The notes beneath the pieces were generated by a model. It saw only the letters and a program-made list of their open reading frames with translations. It did no database searches and was not told the origin of the DNA. 64,000 nucleotides of DNA, taken from positions 94,791 to 158,790 of IMG/VR virus record IMGVR_UViG_3300045125_000040. One strand, given 5' to 3'. This document shows positions 52,457 through 64,000 of this stretch, piece by piece. The position numbers were made by a program, and so were the translations under genes. The first letter of the stretch is position 1; the number at the start of each line of letters is the position of its first letter. The stretch comes from a virus.

Positions 52457-52464
52457 TATTTAGT
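52457..52464 (-). promoter_or_regulatory. Late promoter variant ACTAAATA
   Basis: ~65 nt upstream of the polyprotein ATG. Confidence 0.6.
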
Positions 52465-52466
52465 TT

Positions 52467-53782
52467 TTATGTGATTTCTTCAAACATCATAGCTCCAGCG
52501 ACATTACTGGTAGATGTTCTACAAGTTACCGCAAGAGTAAATGTTGTTGTAGTATTTGCGAAAGTATTTCTTTCTAATTGATATTTGAATATTTCAGTAT
52601 CAGAAAGACTGAGAGAACCACCACCCTGAACTGTTGAAGTTATATACCCGGTATTTAATTCTTCACCACCTGACATAGTGGCGGTAGTATTAGTATTATA
52701 TTGAACGGTAGATTCTGTCGCAACATTTGCCCATACGGCTCCTGTTATAGTTGCTCCCTTGATGACCTTATATTGATACTCAGCCGCATTTATTGGTAAT
52801 AGATCAATTTGTTTAGGAATAACCACAGAATCAGGAGTATCAGGATTTAATCTTATAGAAATAACAGGATAATATGTTCCTGGAGGATTTAATTGAACAC
52901 CTGAAACAACATTACTTGATATTGACCTTGGAACGCCTGTTAATGTGTAACCGCCTTCTGATATAACAGTCGAACAATTGTTTATATGTGCTATTTGAAG
53001 CTGTTGTTCCCGTGTTTTCAATTTCCATACGAAGAGGCAAACATGCCGTTTGCATATATGCACCTTGGGAGAAGTGTTTGAATTAGCATGATGGAAAGAA
53101 TGACAATGAATTAGTTCACCATTAATAACAAATCCCATACGAACAGAACCAACACCAAGCCATTCAACATCTATGAATAAAATCTGTGGGTTATCTAAAT
53201 TTAAAGTTAATAATGATGCGCCAGTTCCATCTAATTTATCTATGTTCCAATCAGGCTTGATCAACACGAATATCTTGAACAACACCGCTTACCTTTGTTC
53301 TTTTAACAAAACTTACTCCACTGGTTGTTGCAGCAGAACGCTCTAAAAAGAAACCATTATCTGTTCCAAAATATCCAATTCGTTGACGAAGGTTTGTCTT
53401 GGCAGGATTCATGACAAAAGTTGTCATGACTTGTAATGATTTACCTGGCTGATAAGAAAAAACTTTTTAGTTTCACGGTATACATAAGCGCCAGAGGCTG
53501 TCGTTACTGTACAATCGAAATTGATGAAGTATTAGAATTAAATAGATAAGTTCCACCAGCACTATTAGCAGCATTTACTTTACCATTATCTCTATATCTA
53601 TGATAAGAATCAAATAGAGTGAAAGGACTAGAAGTTCTGGCACGACCAAATCCATCAACTGCCATACCTGAAGGATTAGCTGGACCAACTAGATTACCAA
53701 ACTGATCAGAAAGCATAACCACTTCAAATATAGTTTTACCATCTGGTAAATACTGATGTGTATCTTTACGAAATTGCGCCAT
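52467..53782 (-). CDS. Conserved virion structural protein (rejoined)
   Basis: DGFGRARTS.P.TLFDS, FSYQPGKS, EWLGVGSVRMGF, TVISEGG. Confidence 0.7.
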
Positions 53783-54027
53783 TATTTCTTGCCTTTAGTT
53801 CTAGGATCAAAGGATTTAAATCCTACAGGATTATATTTTAACTGGCTATTCTTCATCATTTTCATCAAAGCGCCATTTTCTTTGTCTTTTGCTAATTCAT
53901 TTGTTGTTATATATTGTTGTAATGGATCAACATCAACTGCTGGATTTCCTGAAACGTCGCCAAATCCACGAACGCCATCACCGGCTGATTGTGTTTCTTC
54001 TTTGATAAATTCTTTGAATGAAAGCAT
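53782..54027 (-). CDS. Small late protein with capsid-targeting-like leader
   Basis: MLSFKEFIKEE; CTAAATA at 54049-54055. Confidence 0.65.
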   Translation of the reverse strand: MLSFKEFIKEETQSAGDGVRGFGDVSGNPAVDVDPLQQYITTNELAKDKENGALMKMMKNSQLKYNPVGFKSFDPRTKGKK

Positions 54028-54057
54028 AATTCGCTCCTGTTTTTATCTTATTTAGAT

Positions 54058-54088
54058 AAAAAAAGAGGGTAGGCTTTCGCCTACCCCC
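54058..54088 (-). terminator. Rho-independent terminator
   Basis: GGGGTAGGC-GAAA-GCCTACCCT + U7. Confidence 0.88.
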
Positions 54089-54210
54089 AATTTCTTCTAA
54101 CGACAATATGTGTTGGGAGGAGACCCCACCTTTTATCCCAACTATTCCGTGGCCCTTCTCTTGTTTAGGCTCGTGCCGCTGACGCTATGCGTCCTACATA
54201 TTTTCGCTAA
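54058..54210 (-). ncRNA. Candidate late ncRNA (own promoter and terminator)
   Basis: CTAAATA at 54214-54220, multibranch stems, terminator, no ORF. Confidence 0.55.
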
Positions 54211-54395
54211 GACTATTTAGTAAAGATGGTGACTTACTAATAATAAATGTTTGGTGTAAAACCTGAAAGACCACCACCTAAATTCAAAATTTCATCATTT
54301 TTTTAGCATCATTCTGAGTTTCAAAACATTTAATGATATACCCTGTAGCCTTTTCTTCGACACAATAAGTCTCCCCAACCTTTGTAATCTTATAA

Positions 54396-54581
54396 TCAAC
54401 CGCCATGATTCATCTCCTGTATACATTTACGAATTTCATTGGTAATCAGATCTTTACAATAGGAACACTCTGGCGTCCAAGCAAGCATATTGAGAACCTG
54501 TTGTTCTGTTGGCCCTGTGCCATAATTTAGAACCGCCTTGATGTCAACAGTATCAATATAGTTACAGGAACATACAATCAT
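54396..54581 (-). CDS. Bfd-like [2Fe-2S] ferredoxin
   Basis: MIVCSCN...ECSYC pattern (CxC...CxxC). Confidence 0.75.
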   Translation of the reverse strand: MIVCSCNYIDTVDIKAVLNYGTGPTEQQVLNMLAWTPECSYCKDLITNEIRKCIQEMNHGG

Positions 54582-54727
54582 CTTATTCTCCCCGTGACAT
54601 TGCTACTGCTCGATGGTAATAACGGTCAAAAATACCCAATCGGTCTTCCTCGGAATAACAGTCAGGAATAGGAAATCCTTTTACCTTTATCCAGATATCA
54701 TCTGCCATTGCTAATCTAAATTTCCTA

Positions 54728-56152
54728 TCATTTGAAATCCATCAAACTTTTTTCTATCAAATTTAGGTTTTGGTTTGTCTTCGCTCATTTTCTTCCTCCA
54801 TGAACTTGCCCTTATCCAATCACTGGGCGATCATCTACTAATCCTTCCTGCGCTGATTGGTCTACATCATAGAGACGCATTTTACTACGATCAATCCCAA
54901 CGATAAACCTCCGATTAGAACTAGGGTCGGAGTAACGATTTTTAAGCTGTTTAACCATAATTTGGCTGAGCGATTCGAGTTCTTCTGACGAGATGAGGGC
55001 GAACATGAAGCCAGCAGTGGCTGGTAGACCGAAAGATTCTGATGTGTCTTCAAGTCCCACGTCGCTATTCGAATATCCCGAACGAGTTGTCTGTGTTGCT
55101 GACACGATAGGAACGCCGTATCTCGACTGCAAGACCTTCTAAGTTCTTCGGCGATTGCTTTGACGAGCGTGTAGGAATTGACGTTTGCTCCATGTTTAAT
55201 CCTCGATGATAAACAAACAGCTTAGATAGTCAATGTAAATAATGTACTAGGTATAAAGTCTCTTTCTTAATCTTCAAATTCATTCAGAAGATGACGGAAG
55301 TTTGCTGAACCAAAGCCACAGGCAGTGGGATATTCCTTGATGATAAGTTTACCTGTAACCTTAGTCTTCAACTTCTCTAATTTTAGCATCATAAGACTGC
55401 TCTGGGTAGCAATGCTAGTTCATCAACAGCAACATCTAGTAAGCTGGCATCAATCCTTTTCGGCAATACGTTCCTCCGCCATTTCCAATGTGATGTATGG
55501 GTGACGTTATTGCCCCTTGAGAGATTGGCGGCTGCACAGTGACACATGAATAGACTTTTGCCAACTCCGGTTCCGGCGAGGGCAATGTTGAGGGTCTTGT
55601 TGGGAAGACCGCCGTTTGTGATGACATTAAGGTAGTCGAGATCAAATGGCACTCTCTTTTCTTTTCTATGGTAGAACTCATAGCGTTCACTGGCATCGTC
55701 AATAAAGTCATGGCCAATGGGAGTGTCGAAAGAAACTGCCAGCGCATCTGTGAGAATTTGTGGAATAGAACCTTTAGATATCGAACCATTCTTTTCATCC
55801 ATAATTTTAATAGACTCTCATAATGCCAAGATACAATGCTTTATCTTGACAAAACTTTTCAGTCTCGATCTAGCAACCATCCAGCTTAGAATTGGTTGCC
55901 TCAAGAGAAGTGATAATCTCTTTTCCGTTCTTGAATGTTTCTTCATTCAATCCATCTTTATTGGACAGATCAATTGCTAGTGCTTCAATACTAGGAAAAG
56001 AGTTATACTTCTTAACATAATCATCAACTAGATCAAATACAACACGCTCTGAATAATCCCTGAAAATACTCTGTCTTTAGAAAAGGGATAACCTTTCTAG
56101 CATACTCATCATTATGTAATAGATTAGATAGGATTACTCTTTCAATGCTCAT
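54728..56152 (-). CDS. 41: Replicative helicase gp41 (rejoined)
   Basis: LAGTGVGKSLFMCH, IKEYPT, VSATQTTRSG, SESFGLPATA, KQLKNRY. Confidence 0.95.
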
Positions 56153-56459
56153 TCAGGCTCCTTTACTCTTCTGATATCATCAACTCTAATGACAAAACGA
56201 TCAGTAAAATCAGCAAAAGATCGTTCTGCCATTACCCTAGTCTCAATATCCTTCATTGCTTCTTCAACGATACCGACAATATCATCACGAACAGACTCCA
56301 TCACTTTTTCAGTGATCTTCCTCTTGATATCAGATCGAATCCTGTCATTTACTGCTGTTAGAAAATAACCATCCGTGATGTCTGGATCTAGAGTATGCCA
56401 TCATTCATACTCATCATTATGTAATAGATTAGATAGGATTACTCTTTCAATGCTCATTC
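56101..56459. repeat. Perfect 54-bp direct repeat (56101-56154 and 56406-56459) duplicating the gp41 5' end
   Basis: CATACTCATCATTATGTAATAGATTAGATAGGATTACTCTTTCAATGCTCATTC occurs twice. Confidence 0.9.
56149..56401 (-). CDS. Hypothetical protein between the direct repeats
   Basis: Open frame TLDPDITDGYF...RRVKEPE; stop overlaps the gp41 ATG. Confidence 0.5.
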
Positions 56460-56709
56460 CGTCTCCCTTGATTCAAAGTATTTTGCCTTTGTACCGCAGA
56501 AATGTTCTCTACTGTCCTTTCTGAATGTTTCACAGAAATAGAAGTTATCAGCAGTAGCCTTTTCGCCTCGTTACTGGTGAAAATAGTTCCTTATCATCAA
56601 ATATTGCTTTGACGTGCAAACAGTGCGGAAAAAGGAATCTGAACAAAAGCCAGACCTCCAAATCTGCCACCACTTCTTTGGTGATTTGTATGTTGACCAC
56701 TTACAATCT

Positions 56710-57767
56710 TTACATAGTTTCATTCTCATCCTCATCATTATAAACTAAACTGCCCTCTGTATCAAGTGAATATTTACGCTTGATATATGAAGCGAAGTCT
56801 GTTTCCTTAAAGATAGTCATCCAAAAGTCTCTATTGTCCACGATTTCATTCGCTCTATGGTTCTTTCCAGAGACTTCACCAGTCGTGCGATCCACAACGG
56901 CATACCATCCCACTTTAGGCTTAACGATATAGCCTCCATCAATGGCCACGTCAAGAAGACCACTCCAACGATTAATCCCGCCCTCATAATTAACAGTGAT
57001 TGGGATTTTAGATTTTTCACGGACATAACGAGACTTTTCCACGTTGATAACAAAGTGATAACCAGCGATTTCTGTTCCATCTTTCTCCTCGCTGTCTTCC
57101 TAGAATCCAAATATTGTCAGCACCATAATATGCGCCAGTGCCACCACCAACGACATCTTTAGGAAACATACCAATTTCTTTGTAAGTATGATTAACTGCC
57201 ACAAGCGGAATATCTTCAATGTCAGATGGGGAGTGATCATTCGGAATAGTGATTTCAATTGCTTGGCACGAGACATGTCAGCAACTGACTTCTCATTCAT
57301 AGCATCTTCAACTTCCTTCTTAGAAGCTAGATTACCAATAGAATCAATAATAATTAGAACCTGATCGTCCCTCTGTAAATCCTTTAGCTGTTTCATAATA
57401 TCAAACTTTAGTTCTTCAACATCAGTAATTGGCGTATGAACAACAGAGTCCAATGGAATGTTAAACTTGTTAAAGTATGATTGTGGTGTTCCAAACTCTG
57501 AGTCATAAAATAGAATGACACCATCAGGATACTTCTTTAGGAATGATGATGCTAGAAGCAAAGCAAACCCTGTCTTGAAGTGCTTTGATGGTCCAGCAAG
57601 CATTGTTAGACCCGAGTGATACCACCATCAACAGCACCAGATAGAGCCACATTAATCATTGGCACTGGTGTAGGGATCATATCTTTCTTTGTGTAAACCT
57701 TACTATCTGTTAATGTTGATGTAAGATCAATTGTAGAATTTTTAATTAGACGATCTTTTAATGACAT
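56710..57767 (-). CDS. uvsX: RecA-like recombinase UvsX (rejoined)
   Basis: AGPSKHFKT, FYDSEFG, DSIGNLASKKE, DMSRAK, EKSRYVREK; TTGACA-N17-TATACT upstream. Confidence 0.95.
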
Positions 57768-57849
57768 TATTAATCCTTCTTTCTAAAAACATTCTCATCA
57801 AGTTCTAGTATATTATAGTTCCTATCTTCTGTCAAGGTAGATTTTCTAC

Positions 57850-58577
57850 TTTTTTATTCCTATATTCGCCGCCATCAACAATGAGACAGCCAAAGGATCA
57901 AAAACCAAAACAATCAATATGATAACAAATCTAACCGCTTTTTCTAATTGATTGTTATCAGCTTGACCATATATTATATCAGCTATATATTTTACTGGAC
58001 CAACTTCGGCTTCAATCTTACGAACAGCAGTTTCTATCTTAACTTTTTCTATTGTCAGTTCAGAAATCTTTTTAACCTCTTCTTCTTCTTCTTACGAAGT
58101 TGATCTCTATTCTTTTTCTGACCATCCGCCGCTCTTAGTGAAGATTCTCCACGACCTTTTTCTGTTATTTTATTGACTGCATTATCAATTTGTCCTAGTT
58201 GTTTATCAATATCATTTATATTTTGTTTTTCAAAATCAATTTTTTGATTTAATATTTGTAACTGTTCTGTATTACCAGAAGACATATTAACAGTTTGATC
58301 AATGTGTGCTTTTGACAGAAAACCAAATGTTCCCATAGATGAGATAAACATTAATATAATTACAATAACAGTTAAATAATATCTTAATACTTTTGGACAT
58401 ATGTTCCAGTTATTATATAACCATGATGCAGTTACTAATTTACCTACTTCTAAAGCGCCTCCCATAAAAATAACAGGATAAAACGCACCAGCAAATAGTG
58501 CTGTTAATCCATAAACTGAGTAAAACCCCGAAACCCAGAGAGTATCAGGCAGTTAATAATGCTATGTAATTAATCAT
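57850..58577 (-). CDS. Membrane/coiled-coil protein (ends approximate)
   Basis: MGGALEVGKLV.ASWL, MGTFGFLSKAH, EAEVGPVKYIA, FDPL. Confidence 0.65.
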
Positions 58578-58876
58578 TCTTCTATTATTTCATTAAGTTT
58601 TTTAATGAAATAATTTACTTGTGGAACTCTGTTTTCCCAATGAATATAATCTTTATCAGGTTCTTCCGAAAGATTTTGTAGTAGTGGCATAACATGTTCA
58701 CGTATTTTAGATATTTTATTATTTAAAACCGTTTCTTTATTTTTAACATCATCTATAAGAAGAGTTAATTCATCAACATGTCTTAATGTGTCTTCTATTC
58801 TTTTTTTAAGTATTTCTTCGTTTGCTTTGATATCATTTTCTGATATCAACGAAAATTGGAATTCATTGTCTGCCAT
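58574..58876 (-). CDS. Hypothetical protein (paralog of 58921-59190)
   Basis: MPLLQNL...PDKDYIHW.NR. Confidence 0.65.
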   Translation of the reverse strand: MADNEFQFSLISENDIKANEEILKKRIEDTLRHVDELTLLIDDVKNKETVLNNKISKIREHVMPLLQNLSEEPDKDYIHWENRVPQVNYFIKKLNEIIEE

Positions 58877-58920
58877 AATATTTCCTCCTTTATTATTATT
58901 TTTATCGGAAATTTATTATT

Positions 58921-59190
58921 TTAATTATTAATATATGCATCCATCTTTTTGATGAATGTATCTATTTGTTTTACTCTTTCTGTGCCACTCCATTTAATAA
59001 TATCCTTGTCAGGGTTTTTCTTAAGATTAAGTAATAGTGGCATAATCATTTTTCTTAATCCCTGTAGCTTCACCTGTGTAGCTCCAAGTTGGTCTTGAAG
59101 CTCCATTTCACCAGCTTGTAGTTCATCACTACTAATCATATCAAAATTAAAATCTTCGGACGTAAATCCGAAATCGTCTTCTGTGCTCAT
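58921..59190 (-). CDS. Hypothetical protein
   Basis: DFGF...MPLLLNLKKNPDKDIIKW. Confidence 0.7.
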   Translation of the reverse strand: MSTEDDFGFTSEDFNFDMISSDELQAGEMELQDQLGATQVKLQGLRKMIMPLLLNLKKNPDKDIIKWSGTERVKQIDTFIKKMDAYINN

Positions 59191-61697
59191 TAGAAGTCCT
59201 CCAGCGAAAGTTTTTTTTTCTGTTTTCCAGTTGATAATATTTGTTATAGACTGTAGTGGTTCAAGAAATGTCTTTTAAATTGCATTTCACGATCAACATA
59301 CTTATCTATATAATTTAATTCATCAGGCAAAATATCAGGAACAGCAATTACTGTTTCATGAGTTGGATTTGGTAACTTGAGATATGCAAATTTAATCTTA
59401 TCACCCTCAGATATAGGAGGGATAGTTTTGATATTAAGATTTTTTAACATCTTATTGAACGTCAAAGCTCCCTTTACATGAATTGGTGTTCTGTCTTTAT
59501 ACCCATCCTCAATAGAACCATCAAGAACTGATTTGTTGCTCATAAAATATTCTGATAATCCATTCACACCACGGGGGAATGCAACTTCATCAAATGGTAG
59601 TGTAATAAATTTATCATGAAAGTCATTTACTAGCTTTATTAGTTCATTTTCATCCTTATTCATAATTATATCAAAAGACTTCTTGAGATATTCTCTGACA
59701 ATATGAGGTTTGTCAGAACGCACAGCCTCAATTCCATGGATCTTTAGTTTAGGATGTTCGTATTGAACGCCTTCAACATTCCATGCATTAAGAATATACA
59801 TCTTCTTCTTTCGCCAAATGCCCTTATTGGCGATAGTCTCACGCTTCATCTGCATCTTTTGTTGATATGCATTCATATAAACAGCAAGTCCTTGATAGCA
59901 ATTATCAATATATGGCTGTATCTTTTGTTCACAAAACTGATCAATAGCACTAACGATTTTCAATTCATCATACTCTTCTCCAAGAAAAGCATTAGAAACC
60001 AGTTCTTTCATTTCAATATAGATTGAGTCAGTGTCAGAGGCAATAACATACACCTTTATTCTCTGTCTTCATTGCCTTGTTCATAAACTCATTCATTTTC
60101 TTTTCAATCCATCGAATAGACACCATTGACGAAGATGTAATTGCTTCTGCAAGATTGAAGTCGAACCAACGTAGAAAATACTGATTGCCTAAAGCGCCAT
60201 ATGCAGAGTTTAGCTGAATTTTCTTGGCCATTTGCATATTATGATAACGTGCAATGAGTTTTGCATCTTCAAGTGACTTGGTATTCTCATAACGTTGCTT
60301 GGCTTCAAGCATCAACTTCTTATACTTGGTACGATCATTATACATCTTTTCCATTAGCGCGGTAGAAACCCTTGTTCGTCCTTACGAAAAGTACAACCAT
60401 TAGCAGCATATGATAATTCAGTAAAACACTGATATTCTTTTTCATTCAATAAATCATCAATTGATGGCATACCTTCATATCTATGAAAGAAAGTCTCTGG
60501 ACTGATATTATACTGCATGATTAGATGTGGATATAGGCTGTTCAAGTCAAATGACACAACCCATCTATACATATCAGGAATTGGATCGCTGGCATGACCT
60601 CCCATAAGTTCTTTATCCATTACATGATTTTTCGGCGGGGAGAAGCAGCGATATTCTTATCCATAAGATAGTTATGAATAATAATATCCCATGGACGAAC
60701 AGTTGTCATTGTGTCATTGAAATTGAATCTTGGCGTCATAGGCCAAGAGCCATGACTTGTTCAAGAAACTTCAATTTGTCATCTAGTTTGTCAACCAGAA
60801 ACAGCATCGTGGATGTTATACTCAATGAACTTCTGAAAGTTATTCTTATAAAGTTGTAGTAGATTTCCACATTCAGAATAATCAATCTTATTCTCACCAA
60901 GTTCAATATTGGCAATGAAATCAAGTTTATATGATTCCTGATTACCAAATGTAAACTTGCGATACAATTGATAATAGTCTAGAACTGAAATTCCTTCAAT
61001 AGAATAACTTTGGTTTTCTTTACCACGGAATTCAATTGTCTTTCTCTGACAAATCTCCATGGTGATAATTTTTTAATCTGATCTTCATCAAGAACTGACT
61101 TGATACGATTACAGATATAAGGAATGTCGAAGAATTCAATATTCCATCCGGTAACAATATCCAGTGTCTAATGCTTTCCAGCAAGCCAGAAACTTTTTAG
61201 CAACTGAACTTCATTATCACACTGAATGTAAAATGTCTTATCATCATCCGTATTAAATTCATCACAACCAAATACATAGTTACGATTGCGGCAACGAATA
61301 GTAATGGCGGTGATTGGTTTATCTGCTTTCTGAATATCTGGAAACCCTTCATCAGCAGCACACTCAATATCCAGTGAACCAATCTTAATTAATTTGGGAT
61401 CATAATCAATATCACCACCATAATTCTCATAAATATAAACATATGAAAAGTTGGTCAGACCATAAACTTCTCTATTAACGACAGTTTCGTTTTCTGTGAG
61501 AAACTCCCGTGCTTTACCCATGGTTTCAAAGTAAATTTTATCTACTGACTTACCATCAATAGTTTTATAAGCCCCACCTCTTTTTTCTAGAAAGAGATAA
61601 GGCTCATATTTAATTTTTTCTTCAAAACGAAGTCCCATGTCATAACCACGGACATAGATATTATTACCCCTTGAGAAAAGTTTGTATAGAATTTCAT
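59190..61697 (-). CDS. 43: Family B DNA polymerase gp43 (rejoined)
   Basis: DIE exo [30 protein letters not shown]; TTGACA-N17-TATTAT upstream. Confidence 0.96.
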
Positions 61698-61759
61698 ATA
61701 TCCTCCAATTCGGAACAAGGGGTAATAATACTATATGGTTATGGTTATGTCAAGTGATA

Positions 61760-63560
61760 CTATTCACGAATTGGGATTTTACCCTCTAATAGATCCTTAA
61801 TCTCTTCGCCTGATAATGTTTCATATGTCAATAGACCATTAGCAAGAGTATCTAACTGATTTCTCTTTTTAGTTAGAATATCCTTTGCCGTATGATAAGC
61901 ATTATCAAGGATCTTCTTAATTTCAAGATCAATAAGTCTCTGAGTTTCTTCAGCAACCTTTGGACCATGAAATACGTCAGCATTAGGGTCAGTATATGCA
62001 ACGTTACCTAGTGGAGAGAACCCATACTGAGTAACCATAGCACGAGCAATCTTTGATGCCTGTTGAATATCAGCAGCAGCACCAGATGTAACATTATCTG
62101 ATCCAAACACTAGTTCTTCGGCAGCACGTCCACCCATTGCCATAGCCAGATAAGCAATCATTTCCTTATAAGACTGAGAAATTTGATCACGCTCTGGTAG
62201 AGACTGAACCATACCTAATGCACGTCCACGAGGAATAATAGTTGCCTTGTGAATCGGAACAGATCCTTCCATATTCAGAGAGACAAGAGCATGGCCACCT
62301 TCATGATAAGCAGTTATCTTCTTTCTTCTTCTGACATTAGAAGAGATCTACGTTCTGCACCCATAAGAATCTTATCACGAGCATCATCAAACTCTTTTGC
62401 TGTGACAATTCTCATAGAACGACGAGCAGCAAGCAATGCAGCTTCATTAACAAGGTTTGCTAGATCAGCACCAGAGAAACCCGGAGTGCCTTTTGCAACT
62501 GTTCTAAGATCAACATCCGCACCTAGTGGAACTGCTCTACTATGAACCTTTAGAATTTTCTCACGTCCCATAATGTCTGGATTGCTAACAGTAACCTGTC
62601 GATCAAAACGGCCAGGACGAAGCAAGGCAGGATCAAGCACATCCACACGATTTGTCGCAGCGATAATGATGATACCTTCATTGTCATTAAAGCCATCCAT
62701 TTCTACAAGTAGAGCATTAGAGTCTGTTCACGTTCATCGTTACCGCCACTAATTCCAGCATTACGATTACGACCAACAGCATCAATTTCATCAATGAAGA
62801 TAATGCAAGGAGCATTCTTCTCTGCCTGTTCAAACATATCACGAACACGTGATGCGCCCACGCCAACAAACATTTCAACGAAATCTGAACCTGATAGATG
62901 AAAGAACGGAACTCCTGCTTCACCAGCAACTGCTTTGGCTAACATAGTCTTACCAGTTCCTCGGAGGACCAACAAGCAGAACTCCCTTGGGAATCTTACC
63001 ACCAACTGCCTGAAACTTATGTGGTGCTGATAGAAATTCTACAACTTCCTGTAGATCTTCCTTGGCCTCATCAACACCGGCAACGTCATCAAGCTTTAAC
63101 ATCAATCTCTTCCTCAAGAAAGAAGTTTTGCCCTTTGACTTACCCATGCTCAAAGTGGACCACGACCACCCATACCACCAGTAGTTCTACAGGATAGCCA
63201 AATCCAAAGACCAAAGAAAACTAATACTGGCAATAGATTAATGAAGATACTAGTAAAGATACCTGTTTCTTCTGGTGGTCTAGCATTAATTTAGAACTTT
63301 TCTTATTCTTAATCTGTTCCATGAAACTTCCAATCGATGGAAACATACGTCTGAAAAGTCCTGTTTGTCAGAAAAATGACCAGAAACTTCATTACCAGAA
63401 ATTGTTAGGTCATGAACACGATTTTCGTCAATCTGGGTAATCAATTCACTGAAACTAACTTTCTTGAAACAGTCCTGTGATTTGTATTATCCCAGAGAGA
63501 ATACAGGAAAATTCCTGTGATTGAAAACAACACCCAAGGAGTAACCTTTCTCCAATCCAT
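61760..63560 (-). CDS. ftsH: FtsH AAA+ zinc metalloprotease (rejoined)
   Basis: Two N-terminal TM segments, [39 protein letters not shown]. Confidence 0.93.
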
Positions 63561-63628
63561 AATACTTTCCTTCTGTATATTACCGCATCTTCATTATATA
63601 CTATGCTTAAAAATATGTCAAATATTTA

Positions 63629-63912
63629 TTATCCAACACGAGCAGCACGGAAGTGCATACCATCTGGTCTGGACCAATCACCACCCCAAATCCAACCTTC
63701 TTCTTTGAATGCTTTAACAATAAGAGAATCATTAGTAAATGAATACTTATTGTAACCTGGTTTCTTACCTAACATATTCCATGGAGCAGCAATATCTACT
63801 GCCAATGCCCATGAATGAACTGATGCTGTAGAACCACCACGCTTTGTTCTGATATTCCAGCAACCAGAAAATACATGTAGTTGTTGTGCCTTAATCTTGT
63901 CATAGTCCTTAT
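63629..63912 (-). CDS. M15C-type peptidoglycan peptidase (endolysin-like; 5' truncated by read end)
   Basis: R, SVHSWALAVDI, WGGDW..DGMHF. Confidence 0.82.
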
Positions 63913-64000
63913 TGAAGCGGCGCACGAAAAACGCGAAAGCGTTTCACGATAAATGCGAAAAAACGGTTAAACACCCAAATCGATGTAACCGAACGAAGCA
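63913..64000 (-). other. Oxford Nanopore rapid-kit adapter (Mu transposon end); artefact
   Basis: Reverse complement of GTTTTCGCATTTATCGTGAAACGCTTTCGCGTTTTTCGTGCGCCGCTTCA plus TTGGGTGTTTAACC flank and CTTCGTTC-like leader. Confidence 0.93.

Noticed and set aside
56395-56460. TGA read-through fusing the duplicated gp41 N-terminus to the inserted ORF
   Set aside because: The frames are collinear in this read, but an overlapping ATG plus a one-base error explains it equally well; no other sign of TGA recoding
1-63912. Widespread frameshifts in essential genes (22, 23, 46, 43, 41, 61, nrdJ) as pseudogenisation, programmed frameshifting or recoding
   Set aside because: Breaks are frame changes, mostly at homopolymers, rather than in-frame stops of one type; an ONT adapter is present; intact genes use all three stop codons normally
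63913-63965. Mu-like transposon end / mobile element
   Set aside because: Matches the ONT rapid-kit transposome sequence at the read terminus; the MRRF start of the 63629-63925 ORF is also adapter-derived

Overview
A 64-kb segment of an AT-rich T4-like (Tevenvirinae/Kyanoviridae-type) myophage genome, probably infecting an alphaproteobacterium. The host call is inferred from the class II B12-dependent RNR, ThyX, and Rhizobiales-style secreted RlpA and Gly/Tyr-rich proteins. It is a single raw Oxford Nanopore read: the last ~88 nt are the rapid-kit Mu-end/adapter, and most long genes are broken by homopolymer indels, so split ORFs were rejoined by homology and their coordinates are approximate. 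Plus strand (1-22.3 kb): gp21-gp22-gp23 head genes, a GIY-YIG endonuclease, gp3, uvsY, intein-containing uvsW, gp55, gp47/46, def, accessory enzymes, gp45/44/62, regA, and a tRNA/ncRNA cluster. Minus strand (22.3-64 kb): exonuclease, phoH, rnh, an NDP-heptose/glycosyltransferase/methyltransferase/speD cluster, clpP, secreted cell-wall enzymes, three tRNAs, nrdJ, thyX, primase, a ~12-kb late virion-protein block, gp41, uvsX, gp43, ftsH and an M15 peptidase. The most notable candidate system is in the late block. It holds beads-on-a-string polyproteins whose small domains (including a HicA-like RNase) are separated by prohead-protease-type [ILV]-x-E sites, alongside proteins with T4-like capsid-targeting leaders and a Dps. 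This suggests a capsid-packaged, protease-released effector cargo system. Several structured ncRNA candidates, atypical tRNAs, a hybrid heptose pathway and a 54-bp gene-start duplication are also flagged.
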